From assembly GCA_047967505.1 (NCBI GenBank), contig CM106538.1: a DNA stretch of 64,000 bases. One strand, written 5' to 3'. A model generated the notes under the pieces. It saw only the letters and a program-made list of their open reading frames with translations, did not search any database and was not told where the DNA came from. The DNA comes from Dipteris shenzhenensis (lineage: Eukaryota). Shown piece by piece: positions 49,295 through 62,600 of the stretch (position 1 is its first letter; every line of letters starts with the position of its first letter). The translations under genes and the position numbers were made by a program.

Positions 49295-52200
49295 CAATGC
49301 CCCAAAGAGTGTGGGCTTCATTCCATTATGGGGTATTTTTACAAGTTGGAGAGCTTCTCTCTTTGCATGTAGGAATTGTAACACAAAGTTGTAACACAAA
49401 GTTGAAGTCGTATGTAGAAGTTGTAACACAAAAATGTATCACAAAGTTGTAAGACAAAGTTGTATCACAAAGTTGTAACACATTCTCTTTCTACATGTAG
49501 AAGTTGTAACACAAAGTTGTATCACAAAGTTGTAACACAAAGTTGTATCACAAAGTTGTAACACATTCTCTTTCTACGTGTAGAAGTTGTAACACAAAGT
49601 TGTATCACATTCTCTTTCTACATAAGTTCATGTTGGCACAGAGTCAACATACTCCGAGATCCATTTTATTACCCGTCCTCAGGTTATGGCTTATTTCAAT
49701 TTTAGAGTTGGGATTCCATGTGCGTAATCTAGTGGCTGTTTAGCTTGTGGCATGCGAGTCGTTCCTACTGTAATGCTTTTGCACCATACAATTTGTAGTC
49801 TGTAGTCAAGAAGCTTATCTCCTCTTAAGGAGGGGTAGACGGCTGTGAATTTCAGAGGGGATCTTATTACTGAGGTTTTAGACTCTGCCATCGAATCTTC
49901 TTGGGAAGAGGTTTAGCGGGGGTCTCATTGTTGAGGCTGGCATTTCTTGCTATCTTGCATACATGTCGGATGCGATTGCACCCATATCATTGAGCTTGTA
50001 GATAATTAGTATGCAAGTCTAACATTTTTGTATATAGGAGACGGCTGTAATGTATGGTGGGGGTGTCGTTGCAGAGGCTGCAGACTCTTTTGCCATCAAA
50101 TCTTCTTGGGAAGAGGTTTGGCAGGGGTCTCGTTGTTGAGGCTGGCATTTCTTGCTATCTTGCATACATGTTGGATGTGATTGCACCCGTATCATTGAGC
50201 TTGTAGATAATTAGTATACAAGTCTGATATTTTTGTATATAGGAGACGGCTATGATGTTTGGCGAGGGTCTCATTGCGGAGGTTGCAGACTGTTTTGCCA
50301 ATTCATCTTGAGTTTTGGCATAGATTCTTGTACTGCTTGTGAATTTATTGCATGCTTGAGAGTATGGAATGAAAGTGTGTGATACTATTTTTGATGCAAT
50401 CTATTATGTTCCTATGCAAAATCATGTGAGTGCATGTGATGTCTCTAACTATATGCTTATTTGTGGGATTTAATAGGGAAACTAAAACTCAAACATCCCT
50501 AATACAAAATTGATTAGGTCTTTCTAAATGTGCAAAAACGTGCATATGCCAGTGAGTGTGCGTCTAACAATCTAGTGCAAACTATATGTGCAAAAACATG
50601 CATATGTGAGTGAGTGCTTGTGATAGAATCTAATCCTAACTAAGGAAGACTTAGTTTCCCAAAGCTTCATTTTTGTCGAAGATGGCTTGCATGTTGAAGT
50701 AGTAGCGCTTTAGTCGGCTCCTATTTATTGTTGTGTTGAATTGGACTCCGTCCAAGGTTTCTAGCAGCACAGCTTGAACTTCAGATTCTTTTCGTGGTCT
50801 TGTCATTGCTATGGGGACACTGCCACTTGTGTAATTCTTGAAATACTCCAGCACTTCTTGAAGATTAGCCTTTGAGGTGTTGAACTAGCCTGACATGTGC
50901 CATGTGTACAGGGTGGCAGTTTCGCGCTTGGAGACCCTCTTTTTTTTTTTTTTTTTTTTGGGGGTGAATTCTCTTAATCGGTCTTCATACGCAGATGTGT
51001 CTTATATCAAAACTTCTTACATTGGGAACTATGGGGTAACTTTTCCATTGGTAAGGTGTTTCCAAGTAAGGGTTCATTTGCTGTGCATACTCCTTCCAGT
51101 CCCTCAGGGGACCATTTAAGAGGCGGTAATTCTGATTTTGAGGGAGCTGACTTTTCAAGGTACAATTCGACAATCCTTGATTGGACTCGTTCAAATTAAT
51201 TGAAGTGCTCGGCCTTGGCTTTTCTACAATTTCCTCCTTTAGCTTTCTTGCGGGATCTTCTGTTGTTATTCAACTTTGGAGGTTCAACTTTTGGGAGCTC
51301 GACTGCCATTAGGGCATGCAGCATGGCTAAGTCATTATCAAAGATTTGACCTTCAATTTCAACATTTGCAGCCTCTATTTCAAGGTCCCAAGGAAAATCT
51401 GAGTCTTCATTGGTATTGGTAACTTCTTCAGGTTCATTATCCCATTCGAGGTGAGCCATAAAGAATGGCATCTCTAGATCGATTGGCTCTTCGTGTTTGA
51501 GTGGAGGATCTACCTGTAGCAGCTTAGCATCGATCTGTGAGAACATGGGGTCTAATGAATGGCAGTTGTTGATGGTTGCCAATGTTTGTATCCAGTTATT
51601 GACATTGCTTTGTGAGTCACTTGCTATGGCATATTGTTGCAAGGGAGCTTATTTGCTTGAGATTGTTGTTGAAGATGTGTCATCCAATGCTCTAGGCACA
51701 ATTGGTTTAATAGCTCCCATCCCCACATTCACCCTGACTGCAATGTCTCGATTCTGGATTGTTAGTCTATCAGTTCCCTTGTCATGGAGGACTGATGCTT
51801 CCCGTAACCAAGGACGTCCCAGTAAGATTTGATAGGATTTTTTGGGGAGATTTAAAGATTGTGAATTGAAGGGAAAAGCGGAATCCTACGATCTTTATGG
51901 ACACGCCATTCACTATCCCCGAGGGTTTAGCCCGTGAATCATCGGCAAGGCAGATGTTGAAATTAGCCTTTTGCATTGGTGGGATACCCCATTCTTCATA
52001 GAGCTCCTTTGATAAGACATTAACACCTGCTCCACCATCCACTATGGCTTGGACTTCATTATATGCCTTGTGGATCAAAGGCACCGTAATGTTGCATATG
52101 TCATCTCTTTGACCCATCCGCATAGGGTTATCTTCAATGTCATTCATAGGTGGAGGGGGATTTGCAAGTTCAATCCATCCTTTGAAACTCTCCTAGAGAT

Positions 52201-54254
52201 TGGGACAGTTCCGTAGGAGGATTCCGATGGGAATTGACACAGGGCAACTCAAGATGCTAGAGAGTGCGGCTCCTTCAAGTTGACGTGGCAGTACATTCTA
52301 TTGTGGAGTCTGTTGTTGGAACAAAGGCTCGAGTATAGTATCAATACTTTGTGGGGCCAAGTCATAGATTGGGTCTTGAGCTTGTTTCTCAGCCTCAAAT
52401 TGAGCTTGTTCATTTTGGACCCATTGTTGAAGTACCTGAAAAGGAGCCTTCTCCACCTCTGCATTTGGGTATGGAGGTTCTTTTATTTGAGGCTCGGGAG
52501 TTGATGTGGATGAGCTCGATTGCTCATTGCTTGGCAGAGGTCGAGGCACTTGTGCTTTCTTTTTCAAAAGTCGCTTTGGTTGGATTAGAATGTTAGGGTC
52601 CTTGGTGGCCTCTTTTTGTTGGCGTGCAATTACATTGACAGGTTGTGACTTTACACTTGTCGGACCTAGACTTTGATGGTCTACCCCAATGATGCCGATT
52701 GGGACGTCAGGCTTAACCTCTGTTTGTTGTGGGACCTTATTTTTCATGGGACAATCCATACACGCATGTCCTATGCCACAATCTCTGCAGAGTGGTTGGA
52801 AAGTAGCTGGGCTACCATGATGAGGGCACTCTGCGATCCGGTGATTTTCGCCACAACTGTAGCACTTGATTGGTGCTCGAAATGTGTTGCTTGATTTGCA
52901 TAAACTGGTATTAGACCCTCTGCATCTTCTACATAGTACACTGGGTACTCTGCTTCATACTCAAATAACGAGTCTACTTCCTCGGCTTGTAATTGATGTA
53001 TTGGAACTGTTTGAGGAGCTGGATTTGGTGCTAGAGACTTGGATATGATCATGGATTCAGATTCCTGAGTAGTTGTGGGACTTGTGTCCAAATAAGATTT
53101 AGCCTCGGAGCTGGGGTGCTTGTGCAAGTGCCGGTTGCCTGTATACTGGCATGGGTGCCACTTGGTATTGTTGAGGTCGAGGTGAGTTGTTGCGCATGTT
53201 GAAGATGCAACTGTTCTCATCATGTCCACCGGATGATGCAGATATGGCACCACAACCTTGGCGGTGGATTTGCTTGTGCAATGATCCTGGCTCTTAGGAC
53301 TCATTTGCTGTATGATTTTCCATGCAGTGTGGACACCAGACATTCTCTCACCATGGATATGTTGAGTTAGCAACTGAGACAAGTGAAGTTTTTGATCCAT
53401 GGCCTGCATCATATCTTCTTTCAGCTTCAAGGTCATGGCCTCTAGGTGATCTTCATTGATGTTTCGGTAATGGACTTGGATTTGCCTTTTTTGGAGTGCT
53501 TATCTCAGGTAATAGATCTGTCATCATCACTACTAGTGTGTCTGAGTCTATCATGCCATCCTCGATGTCAATGGCTGCCACATGAGCGGCATTGAACGTT
53601 TCATAGCTACTTATCTTTTTCATATTCTTTCAGATTTTCTTTCTGAGTCCTGCAATGAACCATGCTGTGAGGGTACTTTGCATCTAGACATGGGTCACAT
53701 TTGGGCGATTAATCGTTTCATCTTACCCAGGTACGTGTGTACATCTTTTTCTCCGGCTTGTTTGATCTTGCTGAGTTCGAGAACGGGATCATCTTGTAGC
53801 CTCTCTGTTTGAAAGCATCATTTGAATTCGGTTTGAAGTAGTTCCCATGTGGTGCACTCTTCCACCAGAAGTTCTAGGTACCATTCAGATGCTTCATCAG
53901 TTAAGCCATGGGAAACCAAGCCACCTTGGTTTCATGGGATTGATCTCCACTTGCACGGCATGCAGCATCAAAATGCTAGAGGAATCGGGCTAGGTCTCCC
54001 TACCATTATATTTGGGAAGTTCTAGTTTTCCCAAGGGGCATCGGCCTTGATTGTTGTTATTTATTCGATTGAAGAAGTTGTCAGCCTCTGCATCGAGGTC
54101 GATATCCCCAGCATTGTCATGACGGCGTCTAGCCATGTTGGGTCATGAGGAGTTAAAAGGAGTGGTTGAATCTCAGGGGGGGATTCCGGGTGGTAGAAGG
54201 ATTGGCCGGGGGCAGTTGTTGCAGTGGAGTTATATGCTAATGTGGCGAGCATTA
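49295..54254 (-). mobile_element. Non-autonomous Gypsy-type element, copy C internal region (runs into the gap)
   Basis: Colinear with copy B and has the same gag-protease-integrase tail layout. The 3' region has a 13-bp tandem array (49375-49610) and a ~206-bp duplication (49880-50300). Confidence 0.9.
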
Positions 54255-54354
54255 NNNNNNNNNNNNNNNNNNNNNNNNNNNNNNNNNNNNNNNNNNNNNN
54301 NNNNNNNNNNNNNNNNNNNNNNNNNNNNNNNNNNNNNNNNNNNNNNNNNNNNNN
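54255..54354. other. Assembly gap (100 N)
   Basis: Run of N with unrelated elements on either side. Confidence 1.
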
Positions 54355-57300
54355 AAAGCTCGCCAAAAGATTTCCCCCCAAACAAACTCAGGATGAACAG
54401 CATGAACATAACCTGGTGGCTGCTCTATATAGACCTCTTCTTGCAAATCACCATGCAAGAAGGCATTCTTTACATCCAGCTAATGTAAAGACCATCCCTT
54501 TGATGCAGCCATAGCAATGACTGCTCTTATAGTTGCCATCCTTTCAACCAGACTAAATGTTTCTTCATAATCAATGCCATATGTCTGTGCATACCCCTTG
54601 ATAACTAATCTTGCCTTGTATCTGTTCACACAATGATCTGCATTGTGCTTCACCTTATAAACCCACTTGCAACCAATTACATTCTTGTCTTTAGGCAAAG
54701 GCACCAATTACCATGTAGCATTGCTTCCAAGGCATCCATTTCTTCATCCATGGCTTTCTCCAATTTTTCTTTTCCCATGGCTTGCTCAAAAGAAGTGGGT
54801 TTTGGTTCATGTATCACTTTGACCATATAGGCATAGTGAATGGCTGTAAATCCATCATATTTTAGTCTATCCACAGGATACCTAGCTCTGGTAGATCTGC
54901 GCAAAACAGGCTCACTACCAGGTGCTCTCAAAACATCCCTTGTCTTCCTTACTCCAGGTGTAACAACAGAAGGAATACCCAACTCATCATCAAGGCTCTG
55001 TTCTGAGCCACTGGATTCACCATCCACATAAGAGTAACCTGCATTCACGTCAACCATGGGCTGATCTACTTTCTCTTTTCATTTTCGTGATACTTGCATA
55101 CCACTATCGCATTGCTTTGAGGAGATCCTCCTGATCCCAATCTGCCTATCCATGGCGAAGTATGTGAACCACGACGAGAACCACGGCTAGAGGACACTAC
55201 AGGTCCACTAATATTTTGTGATTGCTGCTGTGAATTCTGTGCAGCATTACCATTTTGTGCATCTACATCATCAGTCACATTTAGTGGTTTATACCAACTG
55301 CTTATCTCATCAAAAACAACATCTCTGCTCACTGTAAACTTATGATTAGAAGGGTTATAGCATCTATAGTCTTTCTGTTGCAAAGAATAACCAATAAAGA
55401 TGCACTTCTCAGAGCTTTTGGATCCACAACCTGGATCTCAACTCATCTAAAACATGAACATAGATAATGCAACCAAAAACTTTCAAATGAGAAATATCTG
55501 GTTTCCTACCAGTATACCTCTCCTCTAGCGTCATGCCATGTATTGCTATAGTGGGAGTCTTGTTCATTATGTAGACAGCTGTAACAACTGCTTCAGCCCA
55601 ATAATAATCTGGCAGGTCTTTTTCGTTAAGCATGGCACGAGATACCTCTCCAATATGCCTGTTTTTCCTTTCTCCAAGTCCATTTTGTTGTGGGATATGA
55701 CTGCATGAATATTGTTGCTTTATGCCATGCTCCTGCAGGAAACTTGCAAAGTCCTATTTTTCCTCCTCCATCTGACCTTAGGCATTTTATTTGCAGGCTT
55801 GTTTCTTTTTCAACCATAGCTTTAAAAACTTTGAAATGCCCAAACACTTCACTTTTCTTTTTCATAAAATACACCCAATCTTTTCTGTTGTAGTCATCAA
55901 TAAAAGTGACAAAATAATGATAGCCTCCAATAGATGCAGCTTTAGTAGTCCACACATCAGAGTGGATTAATTCCAATGGCCTCTTACTCTCTTGAACATG
56001 TCTAGGAAATGGCTTCCTTGCCTGTTTTCCAAATTGACAGGCTTCACATACCTTATGCATTTCTGCAACGTTGAACTTAGGCAATCCTGCAACAATATTT
56101 TGGGCCTGCATTAATTTAAGTCACTGTACATTAACATGACCAATGCGTTTATGCTAGATATCAATATCTGCAACTACACCGATCCCATGTGCAAACATTG
56201 CTGCACTCAATTGAGGCATGTCTGCATCCAATGTAAACATCATGCCCTTCTTCTTCCCTTTTGCTATCAAGCGACCTTTATTTTTCATATCCTCAACAAA
56301 GCATCCATGAGGATTAAATATGACCTACAAGCCCTACTCAAACAAGCCCTGCTCAACCATTTGACCAACAGAAACCAAGTTCTTGGTGATATTCGGGACA
56401 TGAAATACATCAGACAGGTATTTCTTTTCTCCATCCTACATAGACAAAGGATTTTTACCAATCTGCACAATAGGATGTCATCACCAGTCTCTACAAATCA
56501 TGCTCTTTCCATTTTCCTTGCATCCTGCATCCATTTTGCATGACCTGTCATGTGGTTTGACACACCTAAGTCAACATACCACACATCATTTCTTTCTTCT
56601 GCACTTCTCATAGAATTGGTCATGTGCTGCACCATAAATAGATACCATAAATAGATGCTCATTTCTGTTATCACCCTTTCTACTAGAAGATGCATAATTG
56701 CCTTGCTGCAATTTTCCATTCATGATGCCATTCTGCTTTTTATAGTAGTCTTTAGCCATATGACCCATTTTACCACAGTACTAGTAGTATTCAACATTGC
56801 TATTTGCATTTTGGCCTCTCTGCCATCCACCACGACCTCTTTTGCTCCCCTTGCCTCTAAGGTTACCATGTCCTCCTCCATGGGACTGGTTTTCTTGAAT
56901 TTGCTGCATATTCTGATTTCTACCATGGCCTCTAGATTGGCCTGCTCTACCTCTGCCTCTACCTCTTCTAGCATTTGAGTAGAAGACAACTTCTTTTGAA
57001 GTTTCTCTTGAAGAAGATGCACCACCATTTTTCTGCTCTTCAGAAATTAGAAGAGCAATCAACTCCCCAAAATCAAGAAAATTCTCACAGATGGCAATGG
57101 ATGTCTGGAATTGTGCATAATCCTTTCCTAGACCATTCAAGGTCACAGAGACTAAATCATCATCTTCCATTGGCGACCCAATAGAAGCAAGTGCATCTGC
57201 AATCTTCTTCACCTTAATGTGGTAATCATTGATGCTCATATTTCCTCTCTACACATTATGCAAGTCCTGCTTAAGCTGCATTTTCCTGGCTTGCGTATTT

Positions 57301-58364
57301 GTGCTATACATTTTTGTCAAAGTATCCCATGCCTCCTTCGGCGTGCTTGCATCCTGAATATGAACAATCATTGAATCTAAAATACTGATAGACAGCCAGT
57401 ACATAACTTTGCTGGCTCTCTCATGCCATCCTTTAAATGCCTGCAACTCTTGTTGATTGGGAACATTAGGAATAACCAGAGCTCCAACAATGAACTCCCA
57501 ATAGCCTTTTCCCTTAAGGAAATTTGTCATTCTAAACTTCCATGCTTGGAAGTTGTTCTTATCAAGCTTTTCAGTGACAATCTGTGAAAGAGCATTAGAT
57601 GCCATTATAGAACACTGCAAAATATTCTGTCACTGCAAAAAAACACAACTTTTGCCTCACAAGGGCAAATCTGCAAAACTCACGAAAGTGACCTGTTTGA
57701 CCACACAGTCACTTCCTAGTGACGATTATGCATGAACAGGCAATAAGAATGATTCTATCACTCCCAATATCTCTGTGCACAGGCATACAATGTAATTTCT
57801 GCGATAACTTTTCACCGACCTATAGAACAGTGGCCGCATATCAAAAACAGGGCACTTTCCTCAGTGCCTGCGGAAAACTTTTGCCACCAAAATAGGGCAT
57901 ATACTATCCTCTCGCCACGCTGCGAAGGGCATCCCAATCAGAGACACAGTCCACTCTTGCACTTTTTGGGTGTGCTATCTGCAGAGATTTGCTCCCAAAC
58001 TCGAAAAAAAGAAAGCAACACTGATCCTCTTACTAGGACACCGTGACCTTCTTTTTCTTTCTTGAGCTCCTTACCACGAACTGAGCTCTGATACCATGTG
58101 AAGAGAGTGGGAGAGAAGGAAGGAGACTCAATTCTAGCTTTCTCACATACACAATGGGGGAATATACACAAAGGTGGAGGCTGAAAATAGTTTTCCTCTT
58201 CTTAGTTGTGAAAGTCAAAAGAACTCTCTCAGTACAAAAGAATAGGTGAACCCTATACGTGGGTCTCAAACCAAACTCAGCTAACTAAGGTGGCATACTA
58301 ACTGAGCCACTAACTAGAGTACATAAAGATAGATGTCATCCAGCTATTATTCATGGGCGGTGTA
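54355..58364 (-). mobile_element. Copia (family of 14617): partial 5' LTR 58364-58097, PBS 58096-58085, gag, protease, integrase and start of RT; disabled
   Basis: PBS TGGTATCAGAGC, WYVDLGVSNHMTG, CEACQFGKQ, LIHSDVW, GCKWVYKVK..YKARLV and [14 protein letters not shown]. Contains frameshifts. Confidence 0.96.
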
Positions 58365-58661
58365 CAGGGATGTTTTTATCGAAGCTATGCTTATATATTA
58401 ATATAAAATCTTGGCGAAAGTTTATCAAGATAGTTTTTTTAGTTTCACAATATTTGTATAATAGATTACACTTTTATATATTTTCTTTTGAATTTAAAAG
58501 AAAAAGTTGTAAATTATGGCGAAACTTTAAAATTTTTCTCATAAAAGTTTCAAATCTTGGCGAATTTTTCAAACCTTTATTTTTATCAAGGCATACAAAC
58601 TTTCGACACCAATATAAAAGTTTTGCTTCTTAACGAAACTAATAGGAAAAAATCATCCATG
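58365..58661. mobile_element. 297-bp hAT-type MITE with an 8-bp TSD
   Basis: Ends are CAGGGATGTTTTT and AAAAAATCATCCATG (Ac/Ds-like CAGGGATG). GCGGTGTA occurs at both 58357-58364 and 58662-58669. Confidence 0.92.
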
Positions 58662-58665
58662 GCGG

Positions 58666-59662
58666 TGTACTCTTAGCCGGAAAAGAAACCGAGACCAGAG
58701 GCTAGAGGCTAGGCATGGCGACGCTCAAGGGCCATGGAGAAAAGGAGATCATGAGAGCGAACGGTGGTCATAGGAGGGAAAAGGAATTAGAAATGGAGGG
58801 AAGGAAGAGGGAGACTATGACACAAGGGGAAAAGGAGAGGGGGAAGAGAAGCATGTACATGATAGGAGGAGGAATGTAGAGATGGAGACATCAAGGGAAG
58901 AGAACCATACTTTATTTGAAAGAAGGGATGAGAGGAAATATCAAAATACTAGCTAGGTGGCTTTACAAGAATGAGCGTGTCTCATCAAAGAATAGCCCCT
59001 TCCTTTTATAGCCAAAAGAGGGGGTCTCTCCACATTAATGTATCCTCCCACATGCATGGTGTGTATGGAAAAGTCTCCCATGTGGGCTAGGTGGTTACGC
59101 ACTCTCAATTGTGTGTGACAACCCTTTGCCTCAATTTTCCACATAAATCAAGCCCCATATCTCAAGTCTATGATACTCCCTTGGTCTCTTTCCAATTTTA
59201 TAATATGTTCAAACCTCTAGGAGGACAAGTGGAGGGTTGGCACAAGGAATCTTGCCACCTCATCCTACTTTCCCCATTATTTAACTAGCTCTCTTGGTCC
59301 TTCTATACCTCCCCCCCATGGGCCTATCCCATACATTGGAGGGAATAACTCAATATAATATCTATCTCCACCTAATTTATATTGCTTCTCCCATGGACTT
59401 TGAGCCATATCTCACTAAATGCAGCCTAGGTGGAGGGGTGGCACATGGAGGAGCCATGCCACCTTGCATTTTATAATATTACTATCATGGATTATGTACA
59501 ACACACCTTATGGGTCCTCTTCCATGGAAGGGTGGCACATGGTCATGCCCTGCCACCTCAACCCTGGGCCCTATGCACACCATATTTTATTATACTATTG
59601 CCACATATACAAACACAAATACATATTAATGCCTTTTTCCTTAGACAATTTTATCCATAACA
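58666..59662 (-). mobile_element. Probable ~1.0-kb 3' LTR of the Gypsy element
   Basis: Minus-strand PPT (G)9AAC is followed by TGTTATGG at 59662. The far end is inferred from the junction with the Copia LTR. Confidence 0.7.
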
Positions 59663-62600
59663 GTTCCCCCCCCCAGGCAGGGAATGCACAGCATTTCCAT
59701 GCCTGGGTCCATCACGCACAAAGAAAGGCTTGAGGCAACGCCTATTGATCACCTTCTTGCCATATGGTTCATGCAGCTCCTGAACTTGTACAGACCCATT
59801 GCTACGTTCTTTGATGACTTTGTATGGACCAGCCCACAGTGGCAGAAACTTCTTATCCATTTGGTGGTCCAATCTGTTATCAAAGCATAGCACAACATCC
59901 CCCTCAGCAAAGTGTCTTTCCCATCCCTTGCGAATCTTAGCATCCAATCGGGCCTTTTGTCGATTCTTTTAGATCTCTGTTTGGTGTAGTGCAAGGCGTC
60001 GGGTCTCATCTAACTTCTCAAGTTGTACCAATCTGGCCTCTACATGTTCATCTTCTGTCATCCTCTATTCTTGTGCCAATCTCAAGGCCGGAATCTCTAT
60101 CTCTAGTGGTAAAACTACCTCAGTACCATACACCAACTCAAAAGGGGTGTGACCTGTAGATGTTTTATGAGTGATGTTGTAAGCCCACACTGCTTCAGTG
60201 ACCTTCTGATCCCATTGGCTCCTGTTCCCTGCGGCCATTTTTCCCATGGTTTTACAAAGGAGGCCATTGGTCCGCTCTGTTTGACCCATGGATGCTGGAT
60301 AATAGATGCTAGAAGTGTGATGATCAATACCCATGCGATCCATGAGTAACTCCACTGCTTCATTTAAGAATGGACTCCCATGGTCAGAGACTATCTCCAT
60401 GGGTGTCCCGAACCTTGTGCAGATACATTCAAATAGAAATTTGAAACTGCCTTGCCATTTGCAGCAGAGAGGGTGATAGCTTCAGCCCACTTAGTGACGT
60501 ACTGAGTGGCTACCAAAAGATACTTCTTTTTGCGGGCAGTCATGGGCAAGGGCCCAACAAAATCTATTCCCCACTTCTGAAACGGATGGATGGACATTAC
60601 TGGGTGATGTTGGCCAGGACACAAATCCTTCCTACCAAAGAATTGACATGGTTCATAGGTTTTGCAATACAAAGTGACATCCTTGAACAAGGTCGGCCAA
60701 TAGTATCCAGCATGTAAAATCTTCTTAGCTGTATAGTCACTGGCATAGTGGCCTCCACAAAATCCATCATGATAATGCTTCAATACCTTAGGCACTTCAT
60801 CTGCATCAATGGCCCGTCTGAGTACCCCATCCATGCCTTGACGGTACAACACCCCATCAAGGAGGGTGTAGCGCCTACTATCTCTGCGGATCTTCTTTCT
60901 CTCATAGCTAGTACTTTCTGAAGGAAAGGAGAAAGCAGTCAAAAACTTGTAGATACCACCATACCAAGGATCCCCAACTTCTATGGCTGCTACAAGGGTT
61001 ACATCAAGGCACTCCTCTAAATCAATCAAAGCATTCTTCAAGTTGGAACAACCCCCTTTTACAAATTTGAAAGAGAAATCATATTCTTGTAGAACTGCCA
61101 ACCATTTGGCCAACCGGCCCATGGGATTTGGTGATTGAAGAACTTGCTTTGCAAGACTAGTGCCAGTGAGTATAAAGAAGGACTTTCCAGCCACATAATG
61201 CTTAAATTTCTCAATGCAAAACACCAAAGACAAGGCATGCTTGTCGGCCTCTGAATAGCGTCGCTCAGTGTCGAGCAATTGTCGAGAAGCAAATCGAACG
61301 GGATACATGAACCGATCCTCCCCTTGCTGGAGAAGAATACCTACCAGAGTGTGCTCACCAAACCCAGGATTGATATAGAAGGTCTTTGACCAGTCTGGAT
61401 TGCGTAGAATGGGTTCTGAAGCCAGAGCATTCTTGATTTGTGCAAACCCATGATCACAATCCTCATCCCAAGAGAAATCCACCCCATCTTTTAATAGCAT
61501 AGTCATGGGTCGTGTCAAAGCAGCATATTGATCAATGAAGCGGCGATAGTATCCTGCTAGATTGACAAATGAGCATACTTGACGTTTGGTTGTAGGTGGG
61601 GAGAGCTTGAGAATGGCTTCTACCTTCTCGGGGTCAGGCTTGACGCCCTCGGATGAGACAACATGTCCCAATAACCTCCCTTGAGTGGCTCCAATGGTGC
61701 ATTTCTTAGGGTTGAGACTGCCATTTGCATCATTGACCCTTTGGAAGGCCAATCTAACCTTCATGATGTGCTCCTTACGTGACGAGAATATACAGAAATC
61801 ATCTAAAAACACCTCCAAGAAATCACCCAAATAAGGAGCAAACACCATCTGCATAAATCTTTGAAAGGTAGCAGGAGCATTGGTGAGGCCAAATGGCATT
61901 ACTTTGAATGCAAATGTCCCAAATGTGGTTTTAAGCACATCTTCCTCGGCAATTCTGATTTGATAAAACCCAGAGTAACCATCACAGAAAGTATACATCT
62001 CATGACCACTTACCTTCTCAAGAATGAGGTCTTGAAAGGGCAGAGGATGATGATCCCTCTTGGTGGCAGCATTGAGCTTCTTATACTCGATGCAGACCCG
62101 CCACTTGTTGATTTTCTTTGGGATGACTACCACTGGTGAAACCCATTCAGTATTGTGAACCGGAACAATAAACCCAGCCTCTACAAGCTTCTGCAACTCT
62201 GAGCGCAAAGCATCAGTCTACAGGGGCCCTAATCTCCGATACTTCTGAGCCACAGGCTTCGCATCAGTATCTTGTGCTCTATGGCAGTCACATGGCAAAG
62301 GTGGTGGTAGCTAGTTGCAAAGAGGTCAGGGAAATCTTTGAACATTTCGAGAAACTCATCTTTCTCACTTGGAGTGAGTTCTAGGGAAAGCATAGATTCA
62401 AGCTGTTGAGGACTAGCTGTTATCTTTTCTGCAGGTGGCAGGGTCGGAGACACCCCCATCATGTAAACTTCCTCCTCTGAGAATTCCTCCCCCCCGTCTG
62501 ATTCTTCCATGGACTCAGACACTGAAGATGAGATAGTATCACTGTCATGCTCCTCTTCTTCTTTCGGTTCCATGGCACCAGGTTGCACTGGGAGTTGCAC

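Noticed and set aside
47400-49295. GEGEG-, poly-G/E- and poly-L/S-rich ORFs
   Set aside because: They are translations of subterminal tandem repeats and the (GGA)n tract.
54061-54514. ORFs spanning the N run
   Set aside because: They are artefacts of translating through the gap.
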